Below are positions 25,779 through 35,993 of a stretch of 50,303 nucleotides of DNA, piece by piece; the stretch's first letter is position 1, and every line of letters starts with the position of its first letter. Both the position numbers and the translations under genes were made by a program. The stretch covers positions 11,162 to 61,464 of the forward strand of contig CADEEX010000001.1 in NCBI GenBank assembly GCA_902826465.1, given 5' to 3'. Under the pieces are notes generated by a model. That model worked only from the letters and a program-made list of their open reading frames with translations, did no database searches and was not told where the DNA came from. Source of the DNA: an uncultured Acidobacteriota bacterium. Its GTDB lineage: Bacteria > Acidobacteriota > Vicinamibacteria > Vicinamibacterales > CAVVIG01.

Positions 25779-26529
25779 CGGCGGCCTTGATCACTTTCGA
25801 GTTCGCTTCATAGGCGCGCTGCCCGAGGATCATGTTCACCATCTCCTCGACCACGCTGACGTTGGAGTCTTCGATGAATCCCTGCGCGATGGCGCCGCGC
25901 GAGTCCTCGGCGGCGGCGCCAACCTGCGGATCGCCCGACACCGAGGTCGGCAGGAACGTATTGCCGCCGCTGGCGCGCAGTCCGGACGGGTTCTGGAACG
26001 TCGCCAGTTCGAGCGTGCCGATCTGCTGCGCCGAGGATTGCCCCGGAATGTTCACCGACACAATCCCGGCCTTCGAGATCGTCACTGACGTCGCGTTGGC
26101 CGGAATCGAAATCTGTGGCTGCACCAGGTTGCCGTCGGAGGTGACCAGCGCGCCCTCGCCGTTCAAGTGGAACGATCCGGTACGCGTGTAACCGGTTTCT
26201 CCGCTCGGCAGCGCCACCTGGAAGAACCCCTCACCTTCAATCGCCAGATCGAGCGGCGCGTTCGTGGCCTTGAGATTGCCGCGACCGAAGTCGCGCGACA
26301 TCCCCAGTACGCGTACCCCGAGGCCAGTCTCGACCCCGATCGGCGATTCGCCCGTCGTCGACGACGGCGCTCCTGGCACACGGGCCTGGTCGTAGACCAG
26401 ATCCGAGAACTCGACGCGGCTCTTCTTGAAGCCGGCCGTGTTGGCGTTGGCCAGATTGTGGGCCACGTTGTCGATGTTCGCCTGCTGGGCGGTCATGCCG
26501 CTTGCGGCCGTGTAGAGCGCGCGAATCAT
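25741..26529 (-). CDS. flgG: distal rod protein FlgG
   Basis: 262 aa. MIRALYTAASGMTAQQANIDNVAHNLANANTAGFKKSR and C-terminal VEEMVNMILGQRAYEANSKVI. Confidence 0.93.
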   Translation of the reverse strand: MIRALYTAASGMTAQQANIDNVAHNLANANTAGFKKSRVEFSDLVYDQARVPGAPSSTTGESPIGVETGLGVRVLGMSRDFGRGNLKATNAPLDLAIEGEGFFQVALPSGETGYTRTGSFHLNGEGALVTSDGNLVQPQISIPANATSVTISKAGIVSVNIPGQSSAQQIGTLELATFQNPSGLRASGGNTFLPTSVSGDPQVGAAAEDSRGAIAQGFIEDSNVSVVEEMVNMILGQRAYEANSKVIKAADEMLQQVNTIVR

Positions 26530-26572
26530 TCCTCACTCCTTGTCAACGATTGAACCGTTGAACGTCTATTTC

Positions 26573-27289
26573 TTATCTCCGACCCAACTCCGTGATGGCG
26601 CCGCGGTCGACATCGTTCATGAGGACCGAGACCGCCTTGAGCAGCGTCTGGTAGTTGCGCGAGACCTCGCTCAACTCGGCGATGCGCTCCACCAGCGACA
26701 CGTTCGATTGCTCGAGCGTCCCGGCCGTGAATGACGGCTTCTCCACGTCCTGCGGTGTCACTGTGGTGCGGAAACGCGAGCCACCGTCGCGGTCGAGTAT
26801 CGTGCCTTCCGGAAAGTCGACGACCCTCAGTCTGCCCACGGCGGCCTTGCCCTCGCGGACGGTTCCGTCGGTGTCAATCTCGACGAGCCCCTGGCCCACC
26901 TTGATCGGCCCGTCGCTGCCGAGGATGGCGTCACCCTCATCGGTGGCCAGCACACCATCAGCGCGCCGGACCAGATGACCGTTGCGGGTGAAGCGCGGCC
27001 CCTGCGCGGTGTCGACCGCCAGGAAGCCCTTGCCTTCAATCGCCACATCCATCGCCCGGTTCGTCGTGCTCAGCGAACCCGGACGAAAGTCAGTTTTGGC
27101 TTCGCTGCTGGCGACATCGATCGCCGACTTCAGCGCGGAGTCGAACGATGGCCGATCCGCCTGCTCGGTGCTGCCGCGTTCGGCCTTGTAGCCGGCGGTG
27201 CTCGCGTTCGCGATATCGCCGGCGACGCGGTCGAGCGCGTCCATCCGCGCCCGCATCCCGCTCAGTGCGGTGTAGTAGCCGCCAGCCAT
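26573..27289 (-). CDS. flgF: proximal rod protein FlgF
   Basis: ATG at 27289 gives MAGGYYTALSGMRARMDALDRVAGDIANASTAGYK. C-terminal VSLVERIAELSEVSRNYQ. The ORF-track start at 27370 adds an implausible extension. Confidence 0.88.
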   Translation of the reverse strand: MAGGYYTALSGMRARMDALDRVAGDIANASTAGYKAERGSTEQADRPSFDSALKSAIDVASSEAKTDFRPGSLSTTNRAMDVAIEGKGFLAVDTAQGPRFTRNGHLVRRADGVLATDEGDAILGSDGPIKVGQGLVEIDTDGTVREGKAAVGRLRVVDFPEGTILDRDGGSRFRTTVTPQDVEKPSFTAGTLEQSNVSLVERIAELSEVSRNYQTLLKAVSVLMNDVDRGAITELGRR

Positions 27290-28089
27290 GATTCGTGCTC
27301 CTCGATCTCCTGCGGAAACGGCGGAACGAGCAGTGTGCTCACCTGGCCGTCTGCCGCAATCCGCACCCATGTAAACGGATCCACCTGCGCTTCACGCAAC
27401 GTGACGTCGCCGGCCTCTACCGCCACCGCGGCAATCCGTGACGCACCGTCGCTGATGTCGCGTACGGTCATCGTGGTCACGTCGGCCGGAATCGCCGACC
27501 CGTAGGCCTGCTGCAATCCTGACAACGCGTCGTCGGACACCAGATACGGCTCGACGATGCGGCCGGTCAGCAGATGAAGCGCCGATAGTGCCGCGCGCGG
27601 TAGCGGCGCTTTACAGGCAACGAACAGCACCTCGCCGATCTCGCGGAATGGCACGACGCCGAGGGCGCGCACTTCATCCGTGCTGAGACCGCCAGGTGCC
27701 GAACGCACCGCCGCGAGGTCGATCGTGACCAGATAGGGCACGCCGTTCTGCGCCGCCAGGGCCCGCAGAATCGTGTCGCCGCTGGTAAAGCCAAGCTGCG
27801 TCAGTTGATCCCCGAGGCGCAGGCCCGAGCGCCGCTGTTCAACCAGCGCGCTGTGGAGCTGTCCCTGCGTAATGCCCTTCTGCTGGAGCAGCACGGTCCC
27901 GAGCGGCGTCGACGCCGGCGGGCTCAGCCGTTCGCCGTTGGCCACTTTCCGCAGGCGGTCAATGGCCTCGGCCTTGACGCAGGCGTTTGAGCAGAACCAC
28001 GCGTGATCGACGCGCGCGCCAATGCTGAACATCCGCACCGCCAGCTCCGGACGCCAGCGGTGGCACGAACTACGAGAGCATCGAGCCAT
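27262..28089 (-). CDS. standalone Cys-cluster + T2SSE_N (GspE-N/MshEN-type) domain protein, no ATPase domain
   Basis: ATG at 28089 with AAGGA 8 nt upstream (the ORF-track GTG is at 28122). C-x4-C...C-x3-C near the N-terminus. LGTVLLQQKGITQGQLHSALVEQ...RLGDQLTQLGFTSGDTILRALAAQNGVPYL...ALGVVPFREIGEVLFVACKAP is a typical T2SSE_N layout. Overlaps both neighbours. Confidence 0.7.
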   Translation of the reverse strand: MARCSRSSCHRWRPELAVRMFSIGARVDHAWFCSNACVKAEAIDRLRKVANGERLSPPASTPLGTVLLQQKGITQGQLHSALVEQRRSGLRLGDQLTQLGFTSGDTILRALAAQNGVPYLVTIDLAAVRSAPGGLSTDEVRALGVVPFREIGEVLFVACKAPLPRAALSALHLLTGRIVEPYLVSDDALSGLQQAYGSAIPADVTTMTVRDISDGASRIAAVAVEAGDVTLREAQVDPFTWVRIAADGQVSTLLVPPFPQEIEEHESWLAATTPH

Positions 28090-28573
28090 AGCGTTTTCCT
28101 TCGGCAGTCGCCGCACCGTCACGGTTGTTCAGGTGCAGACGCAGCGCCACTTCCGCTTCCGCCACATCTTCGCGGGCAGCAATCGCTGCGACCGCTTCTC
28201 CTCGACGGGCCGCGCCCACGACGCGGCGCTGCCGCCCCTTCTTCGCCACCGCATCGACGCCGGCATCGGCAGCAGCCGACGCCCGCGCCCGCTGGGCCGC
28301 TGGCGCCGCACCGACGCCCTGCGCCTGCATGAACTGCATCTGCATTGCCAGTGCCTTGAAGCACGACTCGGTCGTGTCGGTCAGCAGCGTCACCGAGTTC
28401 GACAGCGTGTCGAGGCGTTCCTGCACGACCGGCACGGTGGCCAGTAGCCGCTGCACGCGCCACAGCGACCAGACGCCAGCCGCGCCAAAGAGGAACGACA
28501 CGGCCGACGCCGCAAACAGCACACCGATCGGCCAGGGATACATCTGCGACAGCAACGACTCAGTCAGACTCAT
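28070..28573 (-). CDS. single-pass membrane protein, possibly DUF2802-like
   Basis: 167 aa. N-terminal TM (WPIGVLFAASAVSFLFGAAGVW), a coiled segment, then RGEAVAAIAAREDVAEAEVALRLHL, which resembles the short C-terminal helix pair I associate with DUF2802 proteins of flagellar clusters. ATGA-coupled to fliN/Y. The family call is weak. Confidence 0.55.
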   Translation of the reverse strand: MSLTESLLSQMYPWPIGVLFAASAVSFLFGAAGVWSLWRVQRLLATVPVVQERLDTLSNSVTLLTDTTESCFKALAMQMQFMQAQGVGAAPAAQRARASAAADAGVDAVAKKGRQRRVVGAARRGEAVAAIAAREDVAEAEVALRLHLNNRDGAATAEGKRYGSMLS

Positions 28574-29307
28574 GCGAGTTCCGCCTCCAGGGAACGAGCG
28601 CGTTCAGCCGGGCTGACGACGTCGTGCACACGCACGCCGTAGCTGCCGGCCACAATCACCACTTCTCCACGTGCGACGACGCGATTGCTGATCAGGACCT
28701 CGACCGGATCGTCGGGCGCGCGCCCGAGGTCGATCACCGACCCCGGGCCGAGGGTGGTCAGCATCTTGAGCGGCAGCTCGGTGCGGCCGAAGCGGACGAC
28801 CAATGGCAGGTCGATGTCCATGATCACGTCGAGCGTCTTGCCTTCGCCGCGCGAGGCTGGCGGCACCGCCCACTCGAGCGCACCTTCCGCACTCACCCGC
28901 AGCACCTGCTCGAGCCCCTTGACGACGATGTCGATCGCGGCGCCGGGTCCGGCCTGCGGCACGTGCGTCGCCACCGCAGCGCCAGACACGATGAACGCCG
29001 CGCCTGGGCGCTGCGGATCGACGGTGCCGGAGACGCGGCTGCACAGCTCCTTGAGACGTTCCGCAATGACGGTGTCATTCGGCTCGATCGCCGAGCCGCT
29101 GACCGCCTTGACGAAGGCGGCGGCGCCGGCACGCTCGAAATACAGCCGCAGTTCGCCGTGGATGGCGCCGCTGCCGATGACGCTGACGACGAAGCCGTCC
29201 TGCACCGCCGCCGGCGCCGGGCGCTTCGAGGCGCTGGTCTCGCACATTGCGCCGATGGCGCGCGGCAGCTCGTTCAGCACTCGACCGATAATCTCTTCGT
29301 TGCTCAT
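28570..29307 (-). CDS. fliN: flagellar switch protein FliN with about 160-aa N-terminal extension (FliY-like architecture)
   Basis: 245 aa. C-terminal SpoA/FliN domain LDVIMDIDLPLVVRFGRTELPLKMLTTLGPGSVIDL...VEVLISNRVVARGEVV. The N-terminal region shows no clear CheC catalytic motif. ATGA-coupled to fliM. Confidence 0.85.
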   Translation of the reverse strand: MSNEEIIGRVLNELPRAIGAMCETSASKRPAPAAVQDGFVVSVIGSGAIHGELRLYFERAGAAAFVKAVSGSAIEPNDTVIAERLKELCSRVSGTVDPQRPGAAFIVSGAAVATHVPQAGPGAAIDIVVKGLEQVLRVSAEGALEWAVPPASRGEGKTLDVIMDIDLPLVVRFGRTELPLKMLTTLGPGSVIDLGRAPDDPVEVLISNRVVARGEVVIVAGSYGVRVHDVVSPAERARSLEAELA

Positions 29308-30290
29308 CGTCCCTGCGCCTCCTGGCGCCCACCGGCAACGGTGGAGATCTTCTGGTTGACCAGCACCGCCGCGCGACCCGCGGTGGTGGCCAGCCGGCCC
29401 TTGAATTTGATGATGTCGCCGACGCGGACGTTGATATCGACCTCTGACGGGACGCCAAGGCTGAGCACGTGACCGGGCCGCAAATTCACCAGATCGCGCG
29501 TCTTCAGGGTGGTCTGCACGTCAGCGCTGACCTCGAGCGGAATCGCACCGAGGCTCTCGCTGAGCCACTGCTCTTCCACCACCGTGCGATCGCGCTTGCT
29601 GTGCTGCCAGCTCTGGCCAAGGTTCGTGCCGCTCGCCTCGATGACGCTGGCGGGCATGCAGATGTTGAGGAGCCCACGCGCCTCGCCGACCTTGAGATCG
29701 AAGTTGACGACGACCACAACCTCGTTCCACGACGCCACCGGCAGCATCTGCGGCCGGGTTTCGCGCGCGTGGATGTTGAAGCGCAGTTCGGTGACGGACT
29801 TCCAGCTCTCGGTCAGGTGCTCGAGCAGCAGCCGCACCACCGCATCGACGACGTTCTGCTCGATCTCGGTGAGCGCCCGCTGCGGCGCGCCACTTTCGCC
29901 GCTACCGCCGAGGATGCGGTCGATCATCGCAAAGGCGACGCCGGGGTTGAGTTCGAGCGCAGCCAGGGTCTCGAGCGGCGCAATCGAGACGGCGTAGAAC
30001 GCGGTCGGGTCGGGCAATGCCAGCAGGAACTCCGAGTAGGCGAACTGCTCGACCGAGACGATCGACAACTCGGTGGTCGTGCGCAGAAACGCCGACAGCG
30101 AGGCCGTCGCGTTACGCGCAAAGCGGTCGTGCAGGAAGTGCAGCGACCGAATCTGATCCTTCGACACCCGATCCGGGTGGCGGAAGTTGTAGGTGATGAC
30201 CGGCGCGGACCGCTCGGCGTGCAGGCCGGCGTCGGCCGGCGTCGACGCCAGCAGTGCGTCGATCTCTTCCTGGGTGAGGACGCGGCTCAT
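29304..30290 (-). CDS. fliM: flagellar switch protein FliM
   Basis: 328 aa. N-terminal CheY-P binding peptide LTQEEIDALL, FliM middle domain and C-terminal SpoA-like domain. Confidence 0.92.
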   Translation of the reverse strand: MSRVLTQEEIDALLASTPADAGLHAERSAPVITYNFRHPDRVSKDQIRSLHFLHDRFARNATASLSAFLRTTTELSIVSVEQFAYSEFLLALPDPTAFYAVSIAPLETLAALELNPGVAFAMIDRILGGSGESGAPQRALTEIEQNVVDAVVRLLLEHLTESWKSVTELRFNIHARETRPQMLPVASWNEVVVVVNFDLKVGEARGLLNICMPASVIEASGTNLGQSWQHSKRDRTVVEEQWLSESLGAIPLEVSADVQTTLKTRDLVNLRPGHVLSLGVPSEVDINVRVGDIIKFKGRLATTAGRAAVLVNQKISTVAGGRQEAQGR

Positions 30291-31028
30291 TTACCGTGAC
30301 TCCGACAGTTGAAGAGACTCCCGCAGGCAGGTCCGGAGACGGGCGATCGCCTGGGTCCGGATCTGCGAGACGCGCGACTCGCCAACGCCGATGACGACAC
30401 CGATTTCCGCCAGCGTCAGCTCGTGTTCGTAGTACAGCGACAGGATCTGCCGTTCGCGCTCGGGAATCTGCATCAGGGCGCGGCCGAGGTGCTCGCGCAG
30501 CTCGGCGCGTTCCAGGCGCGCGTGCGGGCCTTCGTCCGATTCGAGCGCGACTTCGAGCAGCGGCTGGTCGTCCGGGGCCTCGAGCTGGCGCAGCGTCGCC
30601 AGATCGACGGCGCGAATCTGCTCGAGCATCTTCTCGTATTCAGGTTCGGACACGTCGAGCGTGCCGGCAATCTCCTTCGACGTCGGCTCGCGGCGCAGTT
30701 CGTGCCGCACTTTCGAGATGGCGGCGTCGATCTCGCGGCGCATGCGGCGCACCGATCGCGGCGCCCAATCCATCCCGCGCAGCGAATCCACCATGGCACC
30801 GTGCACGCGTCGACGGGCAAAGGCGTCGAACGGCACACCGAGAGCCGGCTGAAAGCGACGGGCGGCTTCGACCAGCCCCATCATGCCGACGCTGACGAGT
30901 TCGTTGAACTCGACGTGTGCGGGCACGCGGTGCGACATGCGCGCAGCCAGCGTCTTGACCAGCTCGACGTGCTCGAGCACGAGCTTGTTCGCGGCTTCGA
31001 CGTCGACTTCAATCGGTTTCAGGCGCAT
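30291..31028 (-). CDS. fliA: flagellar sigma factor FliA (sigma-28)
   Basis: 245 aa. Sigma-70 regions 2, 3 and 4 ([17 protein letters not shown]..., [28 protein letters not shown]). Position after flhF-flhG. Confidence 0.92.
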   Translation of the reverse strand: MRLKPIEVDVEAANKLVLEHVELVKTLAARMSHRVPAHVEFNELVSVGMMGLVEAARRFQPALGVPFDAFARRRVHGAMVDSLRGMDWAPRSVRRMRREIDAAISKVRHELRREPTSKEIAGTLDVSEPEYEKMLEQIRAVDLATLRQLEAPDDQPLLEVALESDEGPHARLERAELREHLGRALMQIPERERQILSLYYEHELTLAEIGVVIGVGESRVSQIRTQAIARLRTCLRESLQLSESR

Positions 31029-31876
31029 CGGCTCGACTCCTGCGCGAAGAACTGGGGGCGGGTGGCGTCAACCGTCGCCGGTGGCGCCATCCGCAGACCA
31101 GCACCGCCCGGCGTCAGGCCGGCAATGCGCGACGCCAGGACCCGGAAGCAGCGGCTCGCTGCCGCCTGTGGCACATGACTGACGACCGGACGCTGGTCGA
31201 GAATCGATTCGCGGACCGCGCTGTCCTGCACGACGAACCCGAGGTAGCGCAGCCGGCGATTGAGGAAGCGGCCCGAGGCGACGTCGAGCTGCCGGAACAC
31301 CTGGCCCGCTTCGTCGCCGTCGCGCGACGCGTTGACGACCACACCCAGTTCCTTTGACGGCGCCGCGCCGCTGACGATCTTGATGACCGCATAGGCATCG
31401 ACCACGGCGGCCGGCTCGAAGGAGGTGACGACGACCACACGCTCGGCCATCAGCAGCAGTTCGATGACGTTGTCAGAGATACCAGCCGCCGTGTCGAGCA
31501 GCAGGTAGTCGAGGCCGGTGGCAATCTCGCGGATGACAGCTTCAAGCGTCGTCCACTGCTCGCGACCGAGCTGCGTGAGCGCGCGGATGCCACTCCCCGC
31601 GGGGATGATGCTGATGCCGTTCGGACCGGCGACCGTCACCTGTGCGATCGTCTTCTCACCGCTGAGGACGTGACCGAGGTGGAACTCCGGCGCCAGCCCG
31701 AGCTGGACGTCGACGTTGCCCAGGCCGAAGTCGGCGTCGATGACGCCGACGCGGTGCCCAAGCCGGGCCAGCGATGCGGCGAGGTTGATGACGACGCTGG
31801 TCTTGCCAACGCCGCCCTTGCCGCTGGTAATGGCGATGATGGAACCGCGCAGAGCGGTGGTGGTGTGCTGGGTCAT
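31019..31876 (-). CDS. flhG: MinD/ParA-type ATPase FlhG (FleN/YlxH)
   Basis: Deviant Walker [19 protein letters not shown] at 31876 overlaps the flhF stop (ATGA). The ORF-track extension to 32002 is unlikely. Confidence 0.9.
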   Translation of the reverse strand: MTQHTTTALRGSIIAITSGKGGVGKTSVVINLAASLARLGHRVGVIDADFGLGNVDVQLGLAPEFHLGHVLSGEKTIAQVTVAGPNGISIIPAGSGIRALTQLGREQWTTLEAVIREIATGLDYLLLDTAAGISDNVIELLLMAERVVVVTSFEPAAVVDAYAVIKIVSGAAPSKELGVVVNASRDGDEAGQVFRQLDVASGRFLNRRLRYLGFVVQDSAVRESILDQRPVVSHVPQAAASRCFRVLASRIAGLTPGGAGLRMAPPATVDATRPQFFAQESSRCA

Positions 31877-32862
31877 GACTGGCTCACAGACAAGGGCGCC
31901 GATTCGCCGAGCACGGACGCGGCGAGGAACGCCGGCGTCGCGCGACTGAGGTCTTCCGGCACGCGCTGACCGGTGCCGATGTAGGAAATGGGGAGCTGCC
32001 ATTCGTGCAGCACGCTCACCAGCGGCGACAGCGATTCCGCTTCGTCCAGCTTGGTGAGCAGGAGGCGCGTCGGCCGCGCGTCCGCGTAACGTTCGAGAAT
32101 CTTGCGCGCCGCCGCGGCGCTGGTCGACGCCGGCATCACGAGATGAGTGCGAATGTTCTTGGCGCGTCCGACCACGTCGAAAAGATCCTGACTCGCGGGA
32201 TCCGACGGCGAGCGACCGGCGGTGTCGACGAGCAGCGGCGTGCGCTGGCGCGACGACAGCACGTCGTAGAGGTCGTCGGCGGTGCGCGCCACACGGAACG
32301 GCGCATCGAGAATCTCTGCGTAGGCCTGTAACTGCTCCACGGCGCCAATGCGGAAACCGTCGGCGGCAAGGAGGCCGAGCCGTTGTCCGTTGCGCGCCCG
32401 CTCCTGCGCGGCAATCTTGGCGATCGACGTCGTCTTGCCGGCGCCGGGAGGGCCAATGAACACTTCGGCCTCGGCGTAGGCGTCGTCGACGGCGGCGAGT
32501 TCAGCCAGGCGATGCGCCAGGGCGTCGCGAAGACGCGCCGGAGTCGTAGACCGTCGGCGTTGCTCGGGGATGGACGCAGCGATTTCCTCGGCGATCCGGC
32601 GATCCAGCCCGGTCGCCAGCAACTGCGCCGTGATGCCGTTGGCGGCGAACGGCTGTCGGTTTCCCGACGGCTCCGGTCGCTCGTCCGACTCCTGGCGCTC
32701 GGCCGCGGCTGAAATTTCGACCTCGCGAGCGCCCATCAAACCGCGCCAGCCGCGGGCCTGGACCATCGTCGTCGACAGCACGAGGGCCTTGGGGCCGAGT
32801 TCCTGGCGGACGGCCCTGAGGGCATCCCGCACGTTTGTGGCGCGAAAACGCTTCAAATGCAT
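31873..32862 (-). CDS. flhF: SRP-type GTPase FlhF
   Basis: ATG at 32862 gives [23 protein letters not shown] (typical FlhF N-terminus). [15 protein letters not shown] and TKLDE G-motifs. Starts 1 nt after the flhA stop. Confidence 0.9.
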   Translation of the reverse strand: MHLKRFRATNVRDALRAVRQELGPKALVLSTTMVQARGWRGLMGAREVEISAAAERQESDERPEPSGNRQPFAANGITAQLLATGLDRRIAEEIAASIPEQRRRSTTPARLRDALAHRLAELAAVDDAYAEAEVFIGPPGAGKTTSIAKIAAQERARNGQRLGLLAADGFRIGAVEQLQAYAEILDAPFRVARTADDLYDVLSSRQRTPLLVDTAGRSPSDPASQDLFDVVGRAKNIRTHLVMPASTSAAAARKILERYADARPTRLLLTKLDEAESLSPLVSVLHEWQLPISYIGTGQRVPEDLSRATPAFLAASVLGESAPLSVSQS

Positions 32863-32863
32863 G

Positions 32864-34918
32864 TCAGTCGAGCACCGCGACGGTGGCAATCCTGAGCTGC
32901 GCCGGAATCTCGCTATGCGACAGCACCCCGATGTGCGGCAGCACGCGTGTGAACAGTCTCCAGAGATGCGGGCGGAGCATTGGCGTGCATAAGAGCACGG
33001 GCTGTGCCAACGCTCCGGCCAGCGCATCGGCGATCTTGGCGGCCAGGGCCTGGGCGTGATTCGGCTCGAGGGCCAGCACCGGGCCCTGTTCGGTCCGAAC
33101 CAGCGCCTGCATCAACCGGGTCTCGAGTTGAGGGGTGAGACTGATGGCCGGCACTTCACCCCGCTCGTTCTGATACTGCTTGCAGATGGTCCGGCCCATC
33201 GCCTGCCGCACCGCCTCGATGAGCGCATCGGGGTCCTTCGACGGGTTCTGCTGGGCGTCGGCGATGGCCTCGAGAATCGTCACCAGGTCGCGCACCGGCA
33301 CCCGCTCGCGCAGCAACTGCCGCAACACCCGCTGGATGTCGCCGAGGGAGACGACCTTCGGAATGAGCTCTTCCACCAGCTTCGGCGCGGTCTGTCCGAG
33401 TCGATCGACCATCTCCTTGGTCTGCTGGCGGCTCAGGAGATCCGGCAGAAAGGCGCGAATCGTCTCCGAGACGTGCGTCGACAGCGCCGTCGTCGGGTCG
33501 ACGACGGTATAGCCAGACGCCGAGGCATGCTCGCGCTGTGCCACCGGAATCCACCAGGCCGGCAGACCGAACGCGGGTTCGCGCGTGGCGTTGCCTTCGA
33601 TCGGGGCGGTGGCCGTGCCGGGATTGATGGCCATCAGCCGGTCGGGCACGAGATCGCCCTTCGCCACTTCGACCCCCTTGACGAGAATCGAGTACGACCG
33701 CGGGCCGAGTTGCAGGTTGTCCGCCACGTGCACCGGCGGCACCACGACGCCGGTCTCGGCGCCGATCTGCTTGCGGATGGAGCGCAGGCGGTTGAGCAGC
33801 GTGCCGCCCTGCTTGTCATCGGCCAGCGAGACCAGGGCGTAGCCGATCTCGATGCTGAGCGGATCGACGAGCGCCGGCGTGTCCGACTGCTCGGCCGGGA
33901 GCGCTTCAGGTTCGTCGGGTTCGGCCGCGGCATTGGCGGTCTTCTGCCGCGTCGCCAGCGCACCGAGACCCAGCAACGCCGCCACCATCAGGAAGGAGAG
34001 CTTCGGCAATCCGGGAATCAGCGCCAGGCCAATCAGCACGGTCGCCGCGACGGCGAGCGGGCGGGCCTGTGCCAACAACTGCACGGCAACTTCTTCGCCG
34101 AGGTTCGACTCGGTGGCGGCGCGAGTCGTGATCAGGCCGCCGGACATCGACACGAGCAGGGCCGGAATGGCCGTCACCAGGCCTTCACCGATCGTCAGGA
34201 TGGTGTAGGTCTCGGCAGCGGTGGCCAGGTCGAGCCCCTGCTGGAACACGCCGATGACGAGACCGCCGACGATGTTGACGAAGGTGATCAGCATCGCCGC
34301 GAGGGCGTCGCGCTGGGTAAAGCGGATCGCGCCGTCCATCGCACCGTAGAAGTCGGCCTCCTTGCGCACCCGCTCGCGGCGGATTCGCGCTTCCTTCTCG
34401 TCGATCATGCCGGCGTTCAGGTCGGCGTCGATCGCCATCTGCCGACCGGGCATGGCGTCCAACGTGAACCGCGCCGTCACTTCAGAGATACGGACCGCGC
34501 CGTGGTTGATCACGATGAACTGAATCGCAATCAGCACGATGAACACGACGATGCCAACCACGAAGTTGCCGCCGACGACGAACTGGCCGAAGGCCATGAT
34601 CACGTGGCCGGCCGCTTCGACGCCGTCGCCCCCGTGCAGGAGAATCAGACGCGTGCCGGCGACGTTGAGCGACAGCCGGATCAACGTCAGGAGCAGGAGC
34701 AGTGACGGGAAGACGTTGAACTCGACCGCCTGGCGGATGTAGATGACCGTCAGGAGCAGCACCACCGACAGACCGATGTCGACCGAGAGCAACAGGTCGA
34801 GCAGCAGCGGCGGCAGCGGCACGATCATCAGCAGCACGACCGACAGCACCGCGATGGGTGCGATGGCTTCGGTGCCGCTCAGCGGCGACGACTTCTTCGG
34901 CAGCTTCGTAGTCGACAT
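32864..34918 (-). CDS. flhA: flagellar export gate protein FlhA
   Basis: 684 aa. FHIPEP-family TM region (FPSLLLLLTLIRLSLNVAGTRLIL..) and cytoplasmic domain. Confidence 0.96.
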   Translation of the reverse strand: MSTTKLPKKSSPLSGTEAIAPIAVLSVVLLMIVPLPPLLLDLLLSVDIGLSVVLLLTVIYIRQAVEFNVFPSLLLLLTLIRLSLNVAGTRLILLHGGDGVEAAGHVIMAFGQFVVGGNFVVGIVVFIVLIAIQFIVINHGAVRISEVTARFTLDAMPGRQMAIDADLNAGMIDEKEARIRRERVRKEADFYGAMDGAIRFTQRDALAAMLITFVNIVGGLVIGVFQQGLDLATAAETYTILTIGEGLVTAIPALLVSMSGGLITTRAATESNLGEEVAVQLLAQARPLAVAATVLIGLALIPGLPKLSFLMVAALLGLGALATRQKTANAAAEPDEPEALPAEQSDTPALVDPLSIEIGYALVSLADDKQGGTLLNRLRSIRKQIGAETGVVVPPVHVADNLQLGPRSYSILVKGVEVAKGDLVPDRLMAINPGTATAPIEGNATREPAFGLPAWWIPVAQREHASASGYTVVDPTTALSTHVSETIRAFLPDLLSRQQTKEMVDRLGQTAPKLVEELIPKVVSLGDIQRVLRQLLRERVPVRDLVTILEAIADAQQNPSKDPDALIEAVRQAMGRTICKQYQNERGEVPAISLTPQLETRLMQALVRTEQGPVLALEPNHAQALAAKIADALAGALAQPVLLCTPMLRPHLWRLFTRVLPHIGVLSHSEIPAQLRIATVAVLD

Positions 34919-34919
34919 C

Positions 34920-35984
34920 TCAGATCACCAGTTGCTTGATGCGAATCAGGTAGGCGAGCACTTCGGCCACGGCGCCGAACAGTGGGCCTGGAATCGTGTC
35001 GCCGATCTCGCATTCCTTGAACAGGGCGCGGGCGAGCGGCGGGTTTTCCATGATGGGAATCGAGTGCTCGCGTCCGATCTGGCGGATCTTGGCGGCCATG
35101 AGATCGGCGCCCTTGCCGACCACGATCGGCGCCGGGTTCTTCTCGCGGTTGTATTCGAGCGCAACGGCGAAGTGCGTCGGGTTGGTGATGATCACCGTCG
35201 CCTTGGCAACGGCCTTCAGCATCCGCTTGCGGTGCATTTCACGCTGGATGCGCCGGACCCGGCCCTTGATTTCGGGATTTGAATCCTGCTTCGCCTCCTC
35301 GCGGACCTCCTGATGGCTCATCTTGAGGCTCGAGTTGAAGCGGTACTTCTGCAGCGCGTAGTCGGCGGCGCCAAACGCCAGCAGCACGAAACCGGCCTGC
35401 CACAAGAGGCGTGTCGAATCGGCCCAGCCACGCTCGGCAGACGCCATGGGATTGCCGTGGGTCATCTGCGCCGAATCGGCGAGCAGTCCGTAGGTGGCGC
35501 GCCACGCGAGCACACCGAGCACGGTGGCGATGAGAATGGCCTTGAGCGTGTCGAGGCCGGCCTTCGACGGCGCCAGCTTCTTCAATCCGTTCGCCGGGCT
35601 CAAGCGGTCCCACTTGAGTCCCAGGGTCTTGGTTGAGTAGTTGAAGCGGGTTTGCAGCAGCGACGAGAACACGCCGGCACCAGCCGCCGCAATCGCCACG
35701 GGACCGGCGGTCACGGCGATGAGCATGCCGCCGCTGAAGATCATGGCGGAGAGGTCGGTCGCGGCAATGTCCCGGGCCGGCGCGTCGCCGAGTCGGCGCA
35801 GCGACTCCGAGACCTCGCGCACCAGCCGCACCAGGAACACGGCGCCTGATCCGGCCAGAACTGCCGTGGCCGCAAGCGAGCCAAAGGCAGCCGACAGATC
35901 GCGACTGGTGGCAATCTGACCACGTTCGCGTGCATCGCGAAGGCGTTTGGCTGAAGGAGGTAACTGTTTCTCGGTATCTGACAC
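34920..35984 (-). CDS. flhB: flagellar export switch protein FlhB
   Basis: 354 aa. EKQLPPSAKRLRDARERGQIATSRD N-terminus and NPTH autocleavage motif (VIITNPTHFAVAL). GTG start. Confidence 0.95.
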   Translation of the reverse strand: MSDTEKQLPPSAKRLRDARERGQIATSRDLSAAFGSLAATAVLAGSGAVFLVRLVREVSESLRRLGDAPARDIAATDLSAMIFSGGMLIAVTAGPVAIAAAGAGVFSSLLQTRFNYSTKTLGLKWDRLSPANGLKKLAPSKAGLDTLKAILIATVLGVLAWRATYGLLADSAQMTHGNPMASAERGWADSTRLLWQAGFVLLAFGAADYALQKYRFNSSLKMSHQEVREEAKQDSNPEIKGRVRRIQREMHRKRMLKAVAKATVIITNPTHFAVALEYNREKNPAPIVVGKGADLMAAKIRQIGREHSIPIMENPPLARALFKECEIGDTIPGPLFGAVAEVLAYLIRIKQLVI

Positions 35985-35993
35985 GGTCGGACC

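Noticed and set aside
26541-26566. TTGACA and repeated GTTCAA/GTTGA elements in the AT-richer flgF-flgG gap (minus strand).
   Set aside because: The TTGACA sits immediately against the flgG RBS, too close to act as a -35 for flgG. The inverted repeat is only 5-6 bp with a bulge. It is probably just spacer sequence, or at most a weak attenuator.
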